NCBI GenBank assembly: GCA_038496445.1
Contig: JALMLS010000466.1
Span: 682,001 to 746,000, forward strand
DNA: 64,000 nt
DNA from: Trichosphaerium sp. ATCC 40318
Taxonomy: Eukaryota; Protista; Tubulinea
Direction: 5' to 3'
This document shows, piece after piece, positions 48,673 through 61,481 of this stretch (position 1 is the first letter of the stretch; each line of letters begins with the position of its first letter). The notes beneath the pieces were generated by a model. The model had not been told where the DNA came from. It made no database searches and worked only from the letters and a program-made list of their open reading frames with translations. A program made the position numbers and the translations under genes.

Positions 48673-51600
48673 ATGTATCGCCACGCTTTCAATTATTATA
48701 TTGTACTCTGTGTGGGCCTGTTGGGGTTCATTAGTGGCTTACAATATACCGATATTTCGTACACGGATTTAGACTCGCGCAGCGCATGGCTTACACTTCA
48801 GGGCGCTCAAATAACAACAACATTTGATCAGGCTATTTACGTCCCGTTTGATCACCAGACTGAATGTAACGCTGGCCCTACAGCAGTGGCACCAGAGTTG
48901 GTTCCCTGCGCAGAAATACCTGGGGTATTCGCTATACCGCGTTTAGGCTACGCTATGTTGTTGAGTGATGGCAGGACTCCTATGTACTGTTTGGATGGCA
49001 CAACGCCTTCTTTGGGGCCTCTTGGGATTAGTACCGCCACTACTGATTATGGTGCGATTTAATACGCAAATGGTCACGTCTTAACTTTGGTAGGCGTCCC
49101 AGGGGCACAAGTGCAGTTTTTCTTCAAGATAGCAAATTCTACACGTTCCAACTTTACTGCAATTTCTATGGCTGCAACAGCAGCTTTTGGTAACACACGC
49201 ATAATTGCTGGCGCATTATCAAGCTCAAAGTACGTTGTGCCAAAACACAATTAATTTAACCCGCCAACGCAGCCCCATCTCGGTGACGCAACTACCAACC
49301 TCACAGCTATTTCAACATGACGATTTGGGCGCACCTTTAGGTTTCTACACTAATGAAGGCATAACAATATGTGGGGATGCACTACGCGCTTCTCCTTTGT
49401 GGGACGGCCTAGTTGGACTGTCTATAATTGGTGAAACAGACTTCAATCTACCAACTGCATTGGTATTCAGTACGTATCATGAACTCTGCACTGTAGTGTC
49501 TTCATTCATGAGAAAGCATTTTTTCAAAAAAAAAAAATATGGTTATTAATTGCAGCTTAGCCGATCAGTCCTTGTTGCCTTATCGCTTCTTTTACGATAG
49601 AGGTACAAAACTACAACTTTACTTGAAGTATTAACAGAACAACCCTTAGCTATTCCTACTTTGTCTTGTGATGCCAGTAGTAGCTTAAAGGGCTTCTCCC
49701 AGGATGTATGTCGTTATTACTTATGTCTCCTACATCCTCCGTTCAGCGAGCCTTATTCTGGATGGTCTTATCAAAGAGGGTACAAAAAAAATCTTGTTTG
49801 AACAGATTCAAAAGTACACAGTTCCTTGTAGTAATTGAATACTAGCGGCGAAGTGAGATTTTTCCAGAGTGTATTAAACCCTCAAGAGATAAGTGTCACA
49901 ATTCTAACTCAAGTAACAGAGGATGACGATAGTGTAAGTTAAAAAAAGTATTCTGATATTAAAAAAATTATACTGTGATATTAACGTACTCGTTTCTAGC
50001 AACCAAGAGCAGAAAACCCTCTTAAATTCTTTACCAACGCCGATTTCCCTCAGGATTTTCAAGACTTGCTTGGGAAAGGTTGTAAATGGGAGTTTACAGC
50101 CATCAAAAACGCAACAGGCCATGTACGTACCTAAAATATGATGACACCTTTTTTTGTTGAATCTTATGTAATCTTATGTTATCCTTAGGCAATAGATACT
50201 TCCATACAGCCTGCTTGGACTAAAAAAAACCTTGGTTGTACTGGTGCTAGACTTGCCGCTATTTCAGAGCAGTTTGATGACTACTCAAGTCGGCATTTGC
50301 TAACAGATAACACCGGTCAATCTTCGAACACACTTCAAAATCAAGTATGCTATAACTACAACACTTTGGTGAAACTAAGTTTATTTTAAGGTTACAGCGC
50401 TTACAAATTCTAATATTTGGAGAGGATGTCTGGACATGGTCTTTAATGATCTACTTTCAGTGTAAATACCTTGTATTCCTTTTTAGGTTGCTTATACTTT
50501 GTTGTAGTACAGAAACACCACAATCTCAAGTTACATATTTTTGTTATAACCAGGTTGGTACTCCTGAGTATGAGTCAGACCCATGTTGTAACTTTACGTA
50601 TGTTTTACATTTATTAACTATGCTGACATTATGGTTGACATTTATTATTAGTTTGCAATTGTCACAATGTTGTGCTCCGCGAAATACTTCTTTTACCGTA
50701 CCACAATACCAGCCAAAGGCTGAGGCTGAATTGGCGACAATGTGCGAAAATGCAGAATGCTTGGCACCTCTTCTTAGTGATTTTGCTCAAACGTGGACTG
50801 TTTCTACAGAGCGTAACGCAGGTTGTGCTTTAGAGTTTCAGCGTAATAATGATGAATCCACAACACGTGCTCAGCGTTTGAATGGTGATGCTTGTAATAG
50901 CAAAGTACGAGCAACAATATGCAATTCTGCTCTTGGCTTGTCTTCGTATTGTAGACAGAATGTTCATCCAGAATCTTTCTGTCGAGAATTCCCATTACTC
51001 AATGTGGGTTTATGTACACTTCCTTGTGTCACTGATGACGACTGCATCACTCAGTGTCTCGACTTTGGTACGACTATTTTTTCGTTTTAGTTTTTTTGTT
51101 CTTGTTCATCTTATTTGTTGTTAGGAACGTATAAATCATGTAAATTGTTCTCTCCCTACGCAAATGATACTGTGCAAGGACTAGAAGATGATTTGTTAAT
51201 TTTTGATTGCTTGATTGAGAATATCGAAGCTGGTATCTATTCTTTGGTTTTTTTTTTTGACGAGTTCTAACATGCTCTTTTAGATGAACTCGGTGTAAGT
51301 GTAGGCGATGGTATGTGATGTTTTGTACCTTGCAATTAATAATTACTCTATTAGTGACTACTGAAAACATCAATGCTACACTCCGCAGTCAGCTTATTAT
51401 AGATGGCTGCCAATCTTATCAAGGGTTTTCCGCTCTTGCAGCAGAAAGTAATGCTACGATTTGTGAAGGTACAATTTTAGTGAAAAGAAGTTAAATGTCT
51501 TATTTTTCTATTAAGGATACACTGGTTGTAATTGGGTACCTTGTCTCGAGTTGTCTCTTGATGGATCACCTATATACTGTACTACTGAGCACTGCGTTGA

Positions 51601-54600
51601 TGATACAAATCTATCACCTGGACATTGTCAGTATTGTTTACCTGATTCTCGTGACTTTTGTATCGATGTGACTGTACCTGCCGGATGCTACCCTGTTGAC
51701 GTTGGTGATACCATAAGTGAAGCTAATACACTATGTCCTGGATCAGGTGGTGCCTTTAATCCTCTTGTGGGTACGTATCACGTTAAATGCTATGTGAAAT
51801 CTGAGCTAATGAATTTATAGCATCAAGGTATTTGAACTTTCCTCTAGAACCAACAGACGAAGAGCACAAAAGAATTAGTCTTGGTTGTAGATATATCACG
51901 AACACAACTTCTAATACATGTCTTGAACCTTGTCCTCCATCTCTTACTGCGAACGTATGAACTATAGTCCAACAACACCAATACTGTTATGCTAAATTAT
52001 GAAAAATTTAGGAAACCTGCAATGCATTTTGCCACAATGAAGCTATTTTAAATCAAGTGGATTGCGATGCATTAGATAATACAACATGGTATGTGCTCTT
52101 AAGTTTTTGATTTATGAAAATTCTTATTTACATTAATACTAGGGTTACATGGACTCAAGGACCTACTACGTTCACTCGATGTATTTTAAATAGTGTTCAA
52201 ATGTCAAGCGAATGTTCTTTCACTTGGTTTGCTGGTAGATCTTTTAATACTGGTAATTACGAGACACAAGTATCTTGCGATGGAAAGTGTGTTGGAAATG
52301 ATGAAGTGACTACTGAGGTATATATTGCTCTTGTGCTTCCCATACCTAATTGTACCGGGTTAGGCTGCTTGTACAGGATTTAGATGCAGTAATGAAGAGT
52401 GCACAACTTGTACTGACAAGGCGTCTTGTGAAAATACAGGTGCCATAGCTTATATATGGTTTTGGTGCACTAACAAGACTTTTTAGGAACTTGTGATGAC
52501 TTTGAAGGTTGTTTGAAACCGCTTGTCGATGTGTCTAGTTTGGGTTGTATTTACCCATTGGAAGTAACACCATTGGGTTGTTTAGATACTACAGTACTCA
52601 CAGAAGCAGCTTGCACTGGGTACTAAATTTTAACTTGTTTCTTTGATACTTACGTAAATCGAAGTACATGGTTTAATAGATCAACAACACGTGCTGAATG
52701 CGAAACCAAAGCTGTTGTATGCTTTGAAGAAGGTATCAAATATGATAACCGAAAATTTATCAATGGTATGGCTGCAAGACGACTGTAATAATTGCTCAAT
52801 AATCTGATGTTTTTAGGTATATCTTTGAAGTCTGCAACAGAGTGTACTGCTTGTGGTGGTACTTACAAGTCTTTCTATAATTGGGATGCTGTAAGTCGAA
52901 ACTAGTCTATGTTTTATCGTACTAACTACTTAATAGAGCGTTTGGATTCCTAATGAATGGGTACCTCTTAAATGGGTTCCAAATAGAGAAATGGTGTCAC
53001 AAACCTTCTTCGGGCCATCTTTGAGTACCTCGAATTATGCAAGGTTCTTTGATGGTGTTGTTGGTTCACTTGCAACTACTGTCATTACTTCCGAGATTCT
53101 CTGCAGGTAAATTAGATACCATACTTGTTCAGGTGTTCAATATTGCTTTTTAGATATGGTCGTATTCGTGATACGCTTGACACTTTAGCGTGCACTTGTG
53201 GTACTGACAGGACTACAGGTCGTGATTGTAGTATTTCTTCTACAAGGACAGTAACCAACAGAGTTGCAAAACTATGCGTTGGTTCGCCTCAGAATATTAC
53301 TCACGAAGTTGGGCGTATCGTTGTTGGTGTAAGTAATGAATTGATAGATTAAACTTCTTATCTCACCTCTATTAATAGGATAACTTCGAACCTACTACTT
53401 CTCAGTGTACTGATTTGACGCTCACGTTGACACCAAGGGAGCAATTCGAGACGCAACAGCGTATTGCCATTACAGCTGCTATTCCGAACCCAGAGGCTGG
53501 TACAGACAGTCTTTTGTTTGTTCAAAACGATAATAATGTAGCTGTGGGCGAGGTTATAAGTACGTTGAATTAAAGTAGTTCTTATATCATCAAACCTCAC
53601 ATTGTTTACAAAAGGTGATGGTATTGGTATTAGTTTATCTATACCTGTAAAGTCTGGTTTGACTGTTTGTGTGGAGTTTGATGAAGATCCAACCAGTACA
53701 ATTAATGGAGCGTCTTTCATAGACTTGGCGACAACTGACGATAATTTTCAATCATTCAGGTGAGTACATGCTTATTTTTTTGCAAATAACTAAGTTCAAT
53801 GAAGGTTGATAGGCATAAAACAAGAATTTGGTACTCTAGAAATTTGTGTTGAAATTGGAGAAAATACAGTTTCTGCAAACTTGTTTCCTGCTGTCACAGT
53901 AGCGGATGCTGAGGGTCGTCAGTTTACTGATGCTTTCAGGTACATTTCTACATTAGAAAGCTGTCCTGACATTTTCTGTTTTAGTGACCTTGAGAAAATG
54001 TTCATTTGGGGAGGATCTATGTTTTATGTCATGTTCTTCTCTTTTGCTGCAATGCAGTTATTCCTTCACTGGAAACTTGGAGCAAATAAGGGCAATAGTT
54101 TCTTTACTGTGACTACTATTGGTCTTATCCTCCTTCTCGTCTTTCTCATAAGTACGATTCTACCTGATAGACTTGTTTTTTTTCTTTGTACTGATGATCT
54201 TTTTTTAGTGAGATTCCTTTTGTTTGTTATTATACCTTTTGGTCCTCTCTATGAAGTTCCTGGCCTTGTTATTATATTTTCTGAGTTCCCGGCACTCATG
54301 GTTTTCGCTATTTATTCCTTGGTCGTTATCAGATGGTAACCATTAGTGTTTGTTTATTTTCTTACTTTTTTATTAGGGCCGAGATTTTCCATTACAGTAT
54401 GTCAGGGGGATCCAAGACTGGTGGTATTAAGAAGTTAAAGCCATTTGTATTGGCTACAGATGGTGCGTTTTTATGTTGTTGTATTGACAAGTCAATGTCT
54501 TTTTATGCTTGCGATTTATTGATTCCTTGTTAGGTATTACGTTTATTGTTTGGATAATTCTTGTTATTGTCTACTTTGCTATTCCACCAGAAACCCAAGA

Positions 54601-55565
54601 ACAAGGTTGTGGAGCAGCTAGTGTTTCGAGAGATCCTGCAGAATATGTTGCTATAGCTTACAATGTATTTTATACACTAGTATGCGTTATCCTTGCTGCT
54701 GCTTACGCCACCTACGGTACACGTATCGTATTATTTATACATAAGAGTGGTAAGCTCGCTAAGGGTAAGGCGCAGCAAGCAGCGCGAAACAAGAAGATAC
54801 AAAAAGTACTTGAATTTTTTTTTTTTTTTCAATTCTAACAGTCCCTTTTCTAGATGTCAATCATCTCTGGTGTTTGTACAATCTGTTTGCTTGCACAAGC
54901 TGCATTTTTGTTATACACAGCGTTTGAGAGCCCTACATCTGTTATTGGTGTGGTTGTCTTTTTGCTTATCGTCGATTTGGTGCCAGCCTATGTATTCATT
55001 ACACTATTTAGGTATGTAATTTTTTTACTTGTTGTACTCTCTTTGTGCTAAGTGTTCTGTCTTTTTAAGGCCGACATCTCTCTTCTCTGATCGTAAACAA
55101 AAGAGAACAGAGATAACAAATACGCCAAGTACAAAGGGACGTGCTTCGTCAATAGGCACTGACCACAGACGGTCGTCAGTTGTGGCTCCAACTGCACAGA
55201 TACAGAGTGCGTACTTAATTTTGTTGCGCTCGCATTCTTTTTCTAACGTTAGAAAAAGAAGGAACGCCTCATACACCCAACCCAGAGCCGAGTGAGTCAT
55301 CGTCTTCTTCTGAAGAGTCTTCTGAAGAGTCATCACAATTGCCTGAAGTGAATGGAAATATTTCCTTGACAAAGCAAAGCATAGAGACTTCTGATGATGA
55401 GAATGAACCAAACAATTTGACGTCACCATTAGGTGGAGGTATTGTTATTAATGAGGACTTGTTCCGGTCTTCGAGCAGTGAAGACGAAACGACCGACGAC
55501 GAGGTACGTTAACCATGCATACTTTTACCTTGTTTTTTTTTGACATTTTTTTTTGCTTGTAGTGA
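48673..55565 (+). CDS. Large receptor-like protein: signal peptide, long Cys-rich ectodomain, TOM1/THH1-like multi-TM domain, Ser/Glu-rich tail
   Basis: Signal peptide MYRHAFNYYIVLCVGLLG; many Cys-rich exons; SEFPALMVFAIYSLVVIRWAEIFH and YATYGTRI as in TOM1/GPR137-like proteins; final intron lies directly before TGA. Confidence 0.75.
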
Positions 55566-55769
55566 GTCACTCCTACGTCGCCCTGTAAATTTTTATTGTA
55601 CATTGATAAACACAGGCAAATAAATTAATAAAAGAAAGATGCTTATATTGCTGATGATATTGTACTTGAGACTCATTTTCTGGTGATTGAAATTTCAAGT
55701 TGATCAAGAATGTTCTTGACTTGAACAAACTTTCTTTGGCACGATTTCAAACCGTTTATTTCGCGAACC

Positions 55770-56782
55770 ATGTTGAGACAGTCATTGCTTCGCTCTGCAC
55801 GTACAAATCGCAGGGTAACATGTAAAATACCTTCAAAGCGCTTTACTCCTACAAGAAAATTTACAACGGTTTCTGTACTGCGAAATCAAGCCGTTGAAGT
55901 CGATTTTCCTTTCGATATACCGCTAGGGGACGGAAATGATAATATTGCAGATGCACAGCAAACTGCAGCGCCAACCATACCTACTGGCGTCAATGGTACG
56001 CTCACGTTGTACAACTGCGCCTTACAACTATCTAGCTCCTAATGCGCCATTTTACGCAATATACAGACCCTTTTCAGGGTACGTCGCGTGTTTTAACGCT
56101 TGTAACAATCACTAGAGAGCGTATGAGTAAGGGAGCTTCATTTCAGTTCAAATTCACCAAAGGATGCGTATACCTTGCTGCAGCGAAACAAATGGTACAT
56201 TAAACAACCTTTTTCGAGTCTCTTTGAAATAAAAAAAACTGACTTTTCCAACTGAAAGCGAGAGAAACCACAACAAGTCTCACCAGGAACTCAAGTATTT
56301 GATTGGCAGAATAAGATTATGTTTAAATTGAGCACTACAGAAATGGGTGAAGTGTTAAACTTTCTACGAAAGAAACCAGTAGGTGAGTGAGACGGTGGAC
56401 GGATACGACTTGCAAAAAAAAAAGACTCTGATTTTAACTTGTTTTAGATGGCTTGAAAGTAAATATGACACATCAATTTAAGCTTTCACAGCAACAGACT
56501 ATATCCAGGCTACAAATGGTACCTGGAAAGGAAGGTGAGTTCACACCCTGGATTTTTTTTTGTGTTAAAAGTCAACGGTTTAAGTTTCCATTTTTTTGAC
56601 TTCTTTTTTGTTTAGGGAGTTATATGATCGGTATGTCACGTGCACCTTATGATCCAATGAATAGAAGTGTTGGTAACAACCCAGAGCAGAAGTATGTCTC
56701 ATTATTCTTTGATGCTAATGAAGCTACTTGTCTTCGAGAGTTTTTTGCAGAGTCTATAAAAAGATCCATGGGATTCTTGTAA
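55770..56782 (+). CDS. Mitochondrial Whirly/MRP-fold single-stranded nucleic-acid-binding protein (5 introns)
   Basis: Presequence MLRQSLLRSARTNRR; spliced core FYAIYRP...KGASFQFKFTKGCVYLAAAKQM...QVFDWQNKIMFKLSTTEMGEVL...VSLFFDANEATCLREFFAESIKRSMGFL*. Confidence 0.75.
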
Positions 56783-56982
56783 AATATAATCCTCTCCAAT
56801 TACAAGAGGCCCTATTTTTTTTTTTGAAAATAAAGGTTACACTATTAAAGTAAGTAACAAGCAACAAGTTGAGTTCAACTGAACCTACTGTTTTTTTTAG
56901 TGGTTGAAGAAAACATACAACAAAAGTTAGCAGCAGCTGATTTCTCTAACATCACAATTTTTTGTTTTCTTTTGTAATTTAT

Positions 56983-57760
56983 TTATTCGTCTACTTCTTC
57001 ATCGTTAATGTAATGACCTTGTTTTTGTACTTGACCATTCAGATGCCAGCGTGTGAAATCTCCTTCTCTTTTGTTGTTCTTGTACTTACACATTTCTTCA
57101 AGTTGTCCAGTTCTATACCAATACATGTGCTCTCCTTCTCTTTTATCATTAATGAAACGACACTTTGTCCTTAATTGACTATTCTCATACCACTCTTTTT
57201 GCTCTCCTTCTAGTTTACCATTGACATAGTTACATTGATAAAACATTATACCAGCTTTAGTCCAGAAGGTTAACACGCCATGCAGCTTACCATTTACACT
57301 TTGACTAGTTTCAATTAACTGACCATTCTCATGCCAAGACCTGAATTCTCCCTCCACTTTACCATTAATTATATAACACTGTGTAGATAACTGACCATTC
57401 TCATGCCAAGACTCGTATTTTCCTTTCATCCTACCTTTTACAAAATGACATGCACTAAGTAAAGGGCCTTTCTTGTTTTTTTCGTAATACCAACTCTTAG
57501 CCTCTCCGTGTTCTTTTCCATTTACAAAATAGCGCCGTGAAAGTACGGTTACTTTTCCATTGCTTATACAAACCGTTTTTTCTAAGGCACTATTGAACGA
57601 GTTGTAACAGCTGCCTTTTACAAAGTAGCGGCCATTTTACGAAAACGTATGGACTTAAATCTATTAAGTCGAGTGCAGTTCAAGTGGAAGTTCTAATAAA
57701 ACAACCTTGTTTCTTTGCTCATTTTTGTACTTCTTATTCAATTGTCGAGTAACCATTGAA
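56983..57760 (-). pseudogene. F-box/MORN gene copy with a frameshifted 5' part (possibly an assembly artefact)
   Basis: 3' part is nearly identical to 58415-59005; several indels upstream of ~57530 break the frame. Confidence 0.6.
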
Positions 57761-57851
57761 ACAAAAAACTCTGTTTTACGTCCAATTAGATAGTATAACA
57801 ATACTCACTAAATTAGTAGTTTTGGTTTTTTATGTGTAGGTTTTACTTGTG

Positions 57852-58285
57852 GAAGTGTTAAACTTTCTACGAAAGAAACTCTGATAGGTGAGTTTTCGTT
57901 TGGACGTCATACGGCAAAAAAAAATCCAGACTCTGATTTTCCTGTTTTAATGGCTTGAGGTATATGACACATCAATTTAAGTTTCACAGCAACGGACTAG
58001 TATCCAGGCTACTGGACCTGGAAAGGAAGGTGAGTTCACACCCTGGTTTTTTTTTGGTTAAAAGTCAACTTTTAAATTTCCATTTTTTTGACTTCTTTTT
58101 GTTTATATTAATGATAATATGTCACGTGTCCTTATTCCAATTTTTAGAAGTGAGGTATACCCACTATGTCTCATTATTCTTTGATGCTAATGAAGCTACT
58201 GTCTTCGAATTTTTTAGAGTCTATAAAAAGATCCATGGGATTCTTGAAAATATACCTCTCATTAAGAGTTTGTTTTTTTTTTAAA
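57852..58285 (+). pseudogene. Degenerate duplicate of the 3' half of the Whirly/MRP-like gene
   Basis: Remnants MTHQFK and YVSLFFDANEAT with many deletions relative to 56349-56782. Confidence 0.6.
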
Positions 58286-58414
58286 GTCACTATTAAAGTA
58301 AGTAACAAGCAACAAGTTGAGTTGAACTGAACCTACTGTATTTTTTAGTGGTTGATGAAAACATACAACAAAAGTTAGTGGCATCACAATTTTTTGTTTT
58401 CTTTTGTAATTTAT

Positions 58415-59201
58415 TTATTCGTCTACTTCTTCATCGTTAATGTAATGACCTTGTTTTTGTACTTGACCATTCAGATGCCAGCGTGTGAAATCTCCTTCTC
58501 TTTTGTTGTTCTTGTACTTACACATTTCTTCAAGTTGTCCAGTTCTATACCAATACATGTGCTCTCCTTCTCTTTTATCATTAATGAAACGACACTTTGT
58601 CCTTAATTGACTATTCTCATACCACTCTTTTTGCTCTCCTTCTAGTTTACCATTGACATAGTTACATTGATAAAACATTATACCAGCTTTAGTCCAGAAT
58701 GTTAACACGCCATGCAGCTTACCATTTACACTTTGACTAGTTTCAATTAACTGACCATTCTCATGCCAAGACCTGAATTCTCCCTCCACTTTACCATTAA
58801 TTATATAACACTCTGTAGATAACTGACCATTCTCATGCCAAGACTCGTATTTTCCTTTCATCCTACCTTTTACAAAATGACATGCACTAAGTAAAGGGCC
58901 TTTCTTGTTTTTTTCGTAATACCAACTCTTAGCCTCTCCGTGTTCTTTTCCATTTACAAAATAGGTTTCCGTGAAAGTACGGTTACTTTTCCATTGCTTA
59001 TGCAAACCGTGTTTTTCTAAGGCACTATTGAACCGAGTTGTAACAGCCGCTCTTTTACAAAGTAGCGGCCATTTTAAGAAAACGTATGGACTTAAATCTA
59101 TTAAGTCGAGGTGCAGTTCGAGTGGAAGTTCTAATAAACTACAACGCCCGTTTCTTTGCTCATTTTTGTACGTCTTATCCGTATTAGTACCAAGTAATCA
59201 T
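58415..59201 (-). CDS. F-box + MORN-variant repeat protein (intact copy, 1 intron)
   Basis: ATG ATT ACT TG, intron 59190-59139 (gtact...tgtag), then T gives MITCLLELPLELHLDLIDLSPYVFLKWPLLCKR (F-box), followed by ~8 GxxxSWHENGQL repeats. Confidence 0.85.
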
Positions 59202-59711
59202 TGTTATACAACTAACCTCTTGTTTTACGTCCATTTAGTGCTAGTATCAACAATACTCGTAAATTAACTAGCATTGGTTTCTGCGTTGATTTTTACTTGT
59301 TTCAAGCGTTGCTTGATAGCAATAGGTGCGCTAATATGGAGCGTTCTTTGCACTTCATCTCAGTCACAATATCACACACATAGGTTCAGTGGAATTGATC
59401 TCGGATAAACAGTTAGTACTATTATCGAGATCATTGGGGTTAGTACGGACAAGCACCGTTGCTGGGAATGAGATTAGTAAAATAGTTCGGACAATTTCTT
59501 CGGAATTTGTTAACAATGTGGTGGAAAGCATCCCGAACTTCTTGAAATTCTCATAACATTCCAACAAGGTTTATGCGCTGGGCATTTATTGGAAAACAGT
59601 CACTTTGTAACATGCAACAGTTTTGCTACAACTACCACGTCTCTTTTACTTTACACTTATTGTCGTCTTTTATTCCCTTCAACGATAAATTAACATCCTT
59701 TGCAAAGGCTG

Positions 59712-61169
59712 TTATACAGTATTGTCTATAACATGAGTTTCTTGTTCTGTGTTGAGATCAAAATCTTTTTCGTCCTCACTATCTATATCTCCTATGGAGT
59801 AATCCTCTAATGATACATCCGTGTCCTTTTGGATAAGAACGTAAGTACAAAAACAAATACAAAGAAATTCGTACCGATAACCCTTCATCTGAGTTGGTTT
59901 CATCTTTAATTTGTATTCGGACATCATCACCAACAGTGTTATCAACATTGTCAGGTTTATCCCGCATTTGTATTCTTTTCTTCAACAATGCAACTTGTTT
60001 AAGCATTCGTATCCTTTTTTCATTGTATCTCGCAGCCCTATTGTTCATTCTGCCATTCCCGCTTTGAGCACGACGCTGTTTGTCACTATATAATTCGTAT
60101 GCGAAGCATGCAGCAATTATAAAAATAACACAAAACATCCAAGCCTCTAGTACAAGACACACATTCCACAAAGCAGGTGCTTCTTTCTTGCAATTCTACA
60201 AAAAAAAACAATCATGAAAATGTTTGGTACTATTATCACGTGACTGACGTACCGTATTGAATGTAAACATTGCTATATCAAAAAAAGTAAGGATGGTATA
60301 GAGTACCCACACACAAATAGCCGGAGAACTTTTTTTGAGAAATGTTGCATTGTCTGAAATACAACAACAGCACTTTTTACGGCAAAGGAAAAAAAAGAAG
60401 TAGAACATGTACGTGTGACAGAAGAGCAACGATAGCACAGTAAAGGTGACTATAACACTGTTTAATGTTCCTATACCTAGTAAAGGGTTAGTCAACCAAT
60501 TGAACACACTCGGTTGTTCACAAGATTTTGCGAAAGGAAAAATCAGGTAGGAACTAGTAATTTTGGAATTAAGTTGCAAAGCAGGATAGCTGCAAATGTA
60601 CATAATTATGCTAACAACAACCAAACTCGGAATTGACTCTTGGTTTGAAAGAAACAGTATCGATAACACTTTGTTACCAATCACGTGATTGAAGGTTTCG
60701 TTTATGCTTTCGTGTCGCCACGTGTGTTGGTAGATTCACAAAGCCTACACGTAAAGGTAGTAGCAAATGATAGTATGATACTGCTTCATTTTTAATCAGA
60801 GTCAATTCCGCTGTGGCGTACTCTGTCTGTAGCCAAACGTTTTGCATTCAAAGTCAAACAACTGAGTTACTCTTGTTTTAAAATAAACGTACGAGAAGGT
60901 CTTGGGTGGTTTGAAGTAGGTGGATACTCTTTCTCCCATGCCTGTTGGTTAGTACACGTATTATTGAAGTATTTAAAGAAGTACGGTACAGACCAAAAGC
61001 ATAACGCCACAGAAATAGCCCCAATTACTCCAAATATTATAAAATACTTGATAACGGCTAAACTACATGAAAATGGTGTTTCTAGCGGCCTTCTCGGGTG
61101 TGTTGCGCCTGTTCTCGTATTCAAGCGACTATAACCACTGTCACGGGCGATATAGCGATCGTTGTTCAT
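59712..61169 (-). CDS. Multi-pass membrane protein (paralog of 40953-42076)
   Basis: Shared ISxALxxWSxxYF..F.N.CTN, RAARYNEKRIRMLKQVALLKKRIQ and EDYSIGDIDSEDEKDFDL motifs. Confidence 0.65.
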
Positions 61170-61481
61170 TTCGTTATTGTAATAAAAAATGAGCTAAGTC
61201 GGATTGGGATTCACCTCATCTAGTATCTTTTTTAGCCAATGCTGTATGTTTATTTAGGCTAACAGGTAATTGGCGAAATGCGTTGCCAGCGATTGCTTAT
61301 CGTGTACTTCATTTCTGAGGAGTTCCATTTTGTATCTGTAAAGAACATTTTGTATCTTATACACCTTTAGGCAGTTAAGAAAAGCAAGCCACTCAATTCT
61401 AACACGTGACTTAATGTATTTAAGTTGTTTAACACCACAATCTTTCACGGCGAACACGTTGCTTTACTATACCAGTACAAC

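Larger units (their letters stand above)
56349..59300. repeat. Direct tandem duplication of ~1.5 kb (56349-57850 / 57852-59300)
   Basis: Both units start gaagtgttaaactttctacgaaag and end ttttacttgt; the MORN-coding parts are almost identical, while ~57530-58380 is full of small deletions. Confidence 0.9.

Noticed and set aside
26900-59300. Endogenous giant-virus insertion
   Set aside because: No capsid, polymerase, packaging ATPase or other core viral genes; the MORN genes are scattered among intron-rich host genes and carry introns
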